Assembly: GCA_964608985.1 (NCBI GenBank)
Contig: CAZSQU010000005.1
Span: forward strand, 7,463 to 71,462
From: an uncultured Spirochaetales bacterium
GTDB taxonomy: Bacteria; Spirochaetota; GWE2-31-10; CAYYKD01
Reading direction: 5' to 3'
Length of the DNA stretch: 64,000 bases
Below the pieces are notes generated by a model, which saw nothing but the letters and a program-made list of their open reading frames with translations, had not been told where the DNA came from and ran no database searches. Shown here piece after piece: positions 59,257-64,000 of this stretch. The first letter of the stretch is position 1; each line of letters opens with the position of its first letter. The position numbers and the translations under genes are program-made.

Positions 59257-61074
59257 TTAAATTATTTTATTTTCCTGAACAGATTGAAATGATTCGTCAA
59301 ATTTTTTATTGTATTCATAGAAAATATCAACTAGAACCGGATCAAAATGGCGCGATTTCTCATGGAGAATGATATTTATTGCCTGATAATGGTCAAATGG
59401 CTTCTTATATGGACGCCTTATCCTTAACGCATCATAAACATCAGCTATTGCAAGGATTCTTGCTGAAAGCGGAATCTCAAATTCCTTTTTACCATAAGGG
59501 TAACCATGGCCGTTCCATTTCTCGTGGTGATTACCGGCAAGCGCGGCGGCTAAAACAAGAAATGTTTTGTTCTTAGACATTCTTGTAACACTGCTTAGTT
59601 TTTGGAAACCGAGATCGGTATGAGACTGCATGTAAACATACTCATCTTTTGTCAATTTATCCGGCTTCTTTAAAACATCATCAGAGATTCCAACTTTGCC
59701 CAGATCATGAAGAGATGCACTATAAATTAAGTCCCGAACATATTCTTTATCAACAATATGATAGTCTGTCGCTTCAGACAATCCGTTTGTAAGTATAAGT
59801 TTATTTAGTTCCCCTGATTCTTTTTTGTTCAACAACGCCTCAGCAAGCACCTTAGTATATATCGTTACCCTTTCCTGATGTGCGGAGGTTTCAATATCTC
59901 TGAGTCTTGATATCTGTTGGAGGGTTATCAATATCTCTTTTTGGAATTCCTGAAACTCAAAGTCGCCAATCAAAACAACCTCACTCATTTTAAAAATTGA
60001 TTTAAGGAGATTACGGACTATAAAATTAAGTGTACCGTCACTATCAAAAATGTTCTCGGTCGGATCTGTAAGTATAATAAACCCCAAACAAATACTTCTG
60101 TATTTACGACTATTGAGGTTGATCAGCTCATTATAAAGCTCTTCATTCAAACTTCTGAATTTCATCTCAATAACATCATCTGTCAAAAGCAATATATTAT
60201 TAACCATATAAGCCGACAGTATATTTGCTTCATCAACATAGCCGGCAGTTCGTATTTTTTCTAAATAACTATCAAAATCAGATATATTTGCCGCCCCAAG
60301 GGTAAATATCGGGGCTCCGTAGTATTCTACCCCCGCTTGCTTAACCCTGCAAAATTCTTCATTAATCATATCCTTCTTTAAAAGGATCTTTTCGATAACA
60401 GGTTTTAAAAATTTTTTATTATGGTTGAGTTTGTTAAAATTAAATGTAGAAAGGTTGTTGTAAATTTTCTCACAGAGATCTTTACCCATAATAGCAAGGA
60501 GTTTAGTCCAAATATCGGTAATAATGTCACTTGCCGAATTACCTTCGACAATCGCCTTCCGATAGCCAATCTTTAAATCATGAACATCTGCATTATCTAT
60601 TACATGGCCATATATCGCAGAGTATTTTACAAGCTCATCATAATTGTCATCTCGAAGATACTTTGAATACCTGTCAAATATATATTTTGACAATGTGTAT
60701 TCATCCCCGAATATTGACTCAATAAAATCATCAACCATTGTTACAACATAAATTTTACGGAAATAATTCGTCGATATGTAGTGGGTTATTAAACTGTTAA
60801 TCTTCTGGTATATCTTTGTTTTAATCTTAGTATTATTAATTATCTCACGCTCGATCTCGTTAAGGTGCTGAATCATAAACTCAGTAATCACCCTTCTTGT
60901 GTTACTCTCAACAAGTTTATCCTTTTGACTTGCGTTCTCGGTGTATAATCCAACGAGTTCTATACCGGCATCATTCAGTAATGAGTTGATTTCTTCTGGT
61001 GTTTTTCCTGAATTTTTTATTTTATTAATTGAATTCAATATATCTATAGCCACTTTGCTCTCACTATCCCCCAT
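59257..61074 (-). CDS. HD-GYP domain cyclic-dinucleotide phosphodiesterase
   Basis: RDIETSAHQERV, LHDLGKVGI, LKKPDKLT, HHEKWNGHGYP, IPLSARILAIADVYDAL...RPYK, HFDP. Confidence 0.92.
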   Translation of the reverse strand: MGDSESKVAIDILNSINKIKNSGKTPEEINSLLNDAGIELVGLYTENASQKDKLVESNTRRVITEFMIQHLNEIEREIINNTKIKTKIYQKINSLITHYISTNYFRKIYVVTMVDDFIESIFGDEYTLSKYIFDRYSKYLRDDNYDELVKYSAIYGHVIDNADVHDLKIGYRKAIVEGNSASDIITDIWTKLLAIMGKDLCEKIYNNLSTFNFNKLNHNKKFLKPVIEKILLKKDMINEEFCRVKQAGVEYYGAPIFTLGAANISDFDSYLEKIRTAGYVDEANILSAYMVNNILLLTDDVIEMKFRSLNEELYNELINLNSRKYRSICLGFIILTDPTENIFDSDGTLNFIVRNLLKSIFKMSEVVLIGDFEFQEFQKEILITLQQISRLRDIETSAHQERVTIYTKVLAEALLNKKESGELNKLILTNGLSEATDYHIVDKEYVRDLIYSASLHDLGKVGISDDVLKKPDKLTKDEYVYMQSHTDLGFQKLSSVTRMSKNKTFLVLAAALAGNHHEKWNGHGYPYGKKEFEIPLSARILAIADVYDALRIRRPYKKPFDHYQAINIILHEKSRHFDPVLVDIFYEYNKKFDESFQSVQENKII

Positions 61075-61177
61075 AACACCCCGATAATTACTTTATGATA
61101 TACAATAATATATTATAATATTTAATTATTATCAAGGGTTGATCATATAAAGTTTATTATCGGAATTTCAATTTTAA

Positions 61178-63319
61178 TTACTTAATACTGCCCTCTATAA
61201 AATTTAAACCGAGTCCGATGTTAATCGCAAAAGAGGGCTTTTGTTGAAGAGTATCTATATAAAAAACAAAATCAAAGTCTGTCCATAAATATTCAAATAT
61301 TTTTAACTTTAAAACACTCAAAATCTCAAAAGCAAAATTAAATCGGGAATCCTTCTGTTGAGATAAAACAGCAAGAAAATAGAAATTAAGATATGTGTTA
61401 AAAACAACTATTCCGCGGTAATCTATTGGGAGAAATGCCTGTATTTTACCGCCAATATTACCGGGTTGATCGACATTTAAAGGAAAAATATCAAAGACTA
61501 CACTCTCTCCAATAAAAAACCCAAACGGAAGATGGTGTCTGACCCCGGATTCGGGCATCAGTTTTAAAAATAATTTTGTGTCTCCATGTGTAATGTCATC
61601 TACAAAATAAAATTTTAGATTCTCTATTGCAAATCTTACATAAGGGGAACAATACCTAAAAAAATACTCGTAGGAGATACTCATCGATAATTTATCATTA
61701 TTATAATCAAAAACCACTCCGCCGTCTATAGGATCAATTTTCCACAAAAGCTCATAAAAAACCTTTAACCGGATACTTAGTAAATGATAGCTGTTTTTCC
61801 ATTCCGAATAAAGATTTGCTGATATTTTTAAAGAATGCTGAGGCACAAAACCGCTAAATTTTTTATTGGACGGATAAAACTCATAGTTATACCCGACACT
61901 ACCGTCATATCTAAAACCAAGATCCACCATATATTTCCAGTACAACGCAGGATTAATTGCAATAATATCGGCAGAATTGATCCGGTCTTCCCTTTGAATA
62001 TATTTAGTCACCTCATCTCTCAGTAAATAAACCGGAAATACAAAATCAAGACGGCGCGCTTCTATAAACTGTGTAAAACCGTCTCCTCCTTTTAAAAGAA
62101 AATCATTTACGGCAATCAGATATATCTCAGAATCAACAATATCTCTTCCGTTTATCGTCATATCCGGTCTGACACCGGAATAAAAGATTGTCTTTTCTCC
62201 AAGAGATTCACGGGCTATGCCTGCTCTAATAACCGACTTCAGCCTTGAACCGCTTATCTGAAGTGTGATAATCTCACTATCATATTTTAAAAGCTCAAAT
62301 AAGTTGTCCTCAGTTATAACCTCACTTAAAATCTGATTCTCAATCGCACCTGTGTTAATAAATGCGGCTTCAACATTGTATTTCTCCCGTATAACTTTCA
62401 ATACAAGATCAACAATCCTTATCTTTCCGTCAGTAGTTCCTATCTCTTCTGATTTTTCGGAATTATAGCGTAGATTTACATCTGAAATAATTCTTCTCAC
62501 CTGAGTTAATCTATTAACTAAACTCACGGACTGTTGATTCATATTTAAATTTATTTCAACCGGATACCTTACAATTTCTGTTCTCACGCACGGCACCCCG
62601 TCCATATCAAGTATCCCGATCTCAACCCTAAGATTCAGGTAACTATCGGGGCGCGCAATATAAAGCCCCCTGTTATCAATTGTGTTGTAACTTGCAACCG
62701 CAGAATTACCCCCCGCAAATATGTAATTGATCTCTTTTACATTTTCTAAGAGCGCGAGAGCTTTGTCAACATCAAGTCTTGCCAGACAGATTATTATTGA
62801 ACAACCGCTTTCCTTAAGAATTGACACTGTTGTTTTTGCAGATAAAATAGCCGGCTCTTCGATATGGGGTTCAGTTATACGGCCTTCAAACTCACTTACA
62901 GAAAAAACTCCGACCTTTACACCGTTATACTCAACAATCTTATAACCTTCAAATTGAATACCTTCTGCCTTAATATTTGATGAGATAAAACTAAAATAAC
63001 TTTGATCAATTAAATGTCCGAGCCTTTCTATACCATAGCCGAATTCCTGATTACCCACACAAACCCCTGAATATCCGAGCGCGTTCATAAGATCAACAGG
63101 CAACTGCCCCTCCGTATAGGCAGCGAGTTTAGAACGCCCTAAAATATTCCCGGTATCAAAGTAAAATGCGTTATAACCATTTCCATCAGCAAGACTTTGT
63201 GCATATTTGTTAATAATATCTGTTTCATTCCCAAAAGAATATCCGGTAATATTGATATTGAATACCTATGAGTGAAGGCTGGTAGTAAACAACAACAAAA
63301 TTAGTAGTAATCTGTTCAA
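61178..63319 (-). pseudogene. Catalytically degenerate UshA-fold domain fused to a predicted beta-barrel; reading frame broken by a single TAG at codon 18
   Basis: AGGAG RBS then TTG 63319 encodes MNRLLLILLLFTTSLHS*VFNINITGY...DTGNILG..., in frame with the tracked ORF from 63103. Motifs GNQEFGYG, AGGNS, KGGDGF. The C-terminal ~250 aa are amphipathic beta-strands. Confidence 0.75.
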
Positions 63320-63338
63320 ATCCGGCTCCTTTTATGCT

Positions 63339-64000
63339 TTAAAACCGTTCGATCTTGTAACCGACACCCAACTCAAACTCATTAACCGGCTGACCGTCTT
63401 GAATACCTGATGACCAGAAATTCAAGGAATGCTTAAATGACACCTCAAATCCGTTTCGGCTGAACTTCAATGTATTTATAAACTTATGAGCTGTATGATA
63501 TGAAGATTCATTTGCGTAAGTATAATATTCAAAGCCGTAACCGGTTTCAAGCTGCAAACCTTTAAAACCGTCCCAATAGATCATTAGTGCCAGCCTGTTA
63601 TAAGTATATTGATTTTTTAAATCGTTTTCTAAAGGATTACCCGTAAGAATGAAACTAAATGTATTTCTGCAAATCAGTCCTACCCGGATACGATTGTCTA
63701 TGAAGTTCATAAAGCCGAATTTTAATAAGAATTGATTCCTGATCCGCAAACCCGGCATCGGACCGGCAGGTGTCACACTTCTTAATATTGAAACAAGATT
63801 CATATCGATCACAAAAAGATATATCGGGAAAAGGGGCAATACAATTGTTTGGCTTGTGTAACCCCCGATCATCGCAGTAAAATCCTCATTAGCAAACCGG
63901 TTGTTGTTAAAAACAGCCGCAGGACCGAAATCTATAAACAAAAAAAACGCAGGTTTATTTATAACAGGAATATATGGAGTAAACACAAATGATATTCCGC
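63339..64000 (-). CDS. C-terminal part of a predicted outer-membrane beta-barrel protein (runs off the window end)
   Basis: The frame is open to 64000. Amphipathic strands end in FELGVGYKIERF, a beta-signal-like C-terminal Phe motif. Confidence 0.65.
   Translation of the reverse strand, partial: GISFVFTPYIPVINKPAFFLFIDFGPAAVFNNNRFANEDFTAMIGGYTSQTIVLPLFPIYLFVIDMNLVSILRSVTPAGPMPGLRIRNQFLLKFGFMNFIDNRIRVGLICRNTFSFILTGNPLENDLKNQYTYNRLALMIYWDGFKGLQLETGYGFEYYTYANESSYHTAHKFINTLKFSRNGFEVSFKHSLNFWSSGIQDGQPVNEFELGVGYKIERF

Noticed and set aside
842-62945. Many short (60-110 aa) ORFs in the six-frame track
   Set aside because: They overlap well-supported genes on the opposite strand or in another frame, and show no family motifs or RBS. 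Treated as shadow ORFs.
63266-63268. Genome-wide TAG recoding (Gln or pyrrolysine) as the explanation of the amber codon
   Set aside because: TAG terminates pyk, the cyclase, ushA and others at their expected C-termini, and no pyl genes are in the window.
1-64000. CRISPR array, tRNA, rRNA, integrase or prophage
   Set aside because: I saw no regularly spaced repeats, cloverleaf or T-loop signatures in intergenic DNA, or recombinase or phage genes. A covariance-model scan was not possible.

Overview
AT-rich bacterial chromosome segment, probably from an anaerobic spirochaete. This is inferred from the many lipoprotein signal peptides, an MCP with the spirochaete-style AAHAG signalling motif, an Rnf subunit and a stand-alone HPr. 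There are about 45 CDS, one FMN riboswitch, and no rRNA, tRNA, CRISPR array or transposase. The first 15.7 kb hold a cluster of exported nucleic-acid-processing genes: two EEP nucleases, an endonuclease I/Bsn nuclease, a UshA-type 5'-nucleotidase, a multi-Fn3 lipoprotein, an orphan beta-rich envelope protein and a circularly permuted choice-of-anchor I protein. Together they look like a DNA/RNA utilisation locus. The rest is mostly housekeeping and signalling genes (ispF, rmuC, pyk, ribD-ribE-ribBA, truA, purF, ndk, gatB, HPr, GGDEF/EAL/HD-GYP, kinases, MCP). Unusual items include two UshA paralogs lacking catalytic residues (one fused to a predicted beta-barrel and interrupted by a single TAG), an HPr with a natural Ser46-to-Asp substitution, an RTX-repeat lipoprotein, and two non-autonomous MITE families with 4-bp target duplications. 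All family assignments come from motif recognition by eye; no database searches were run.
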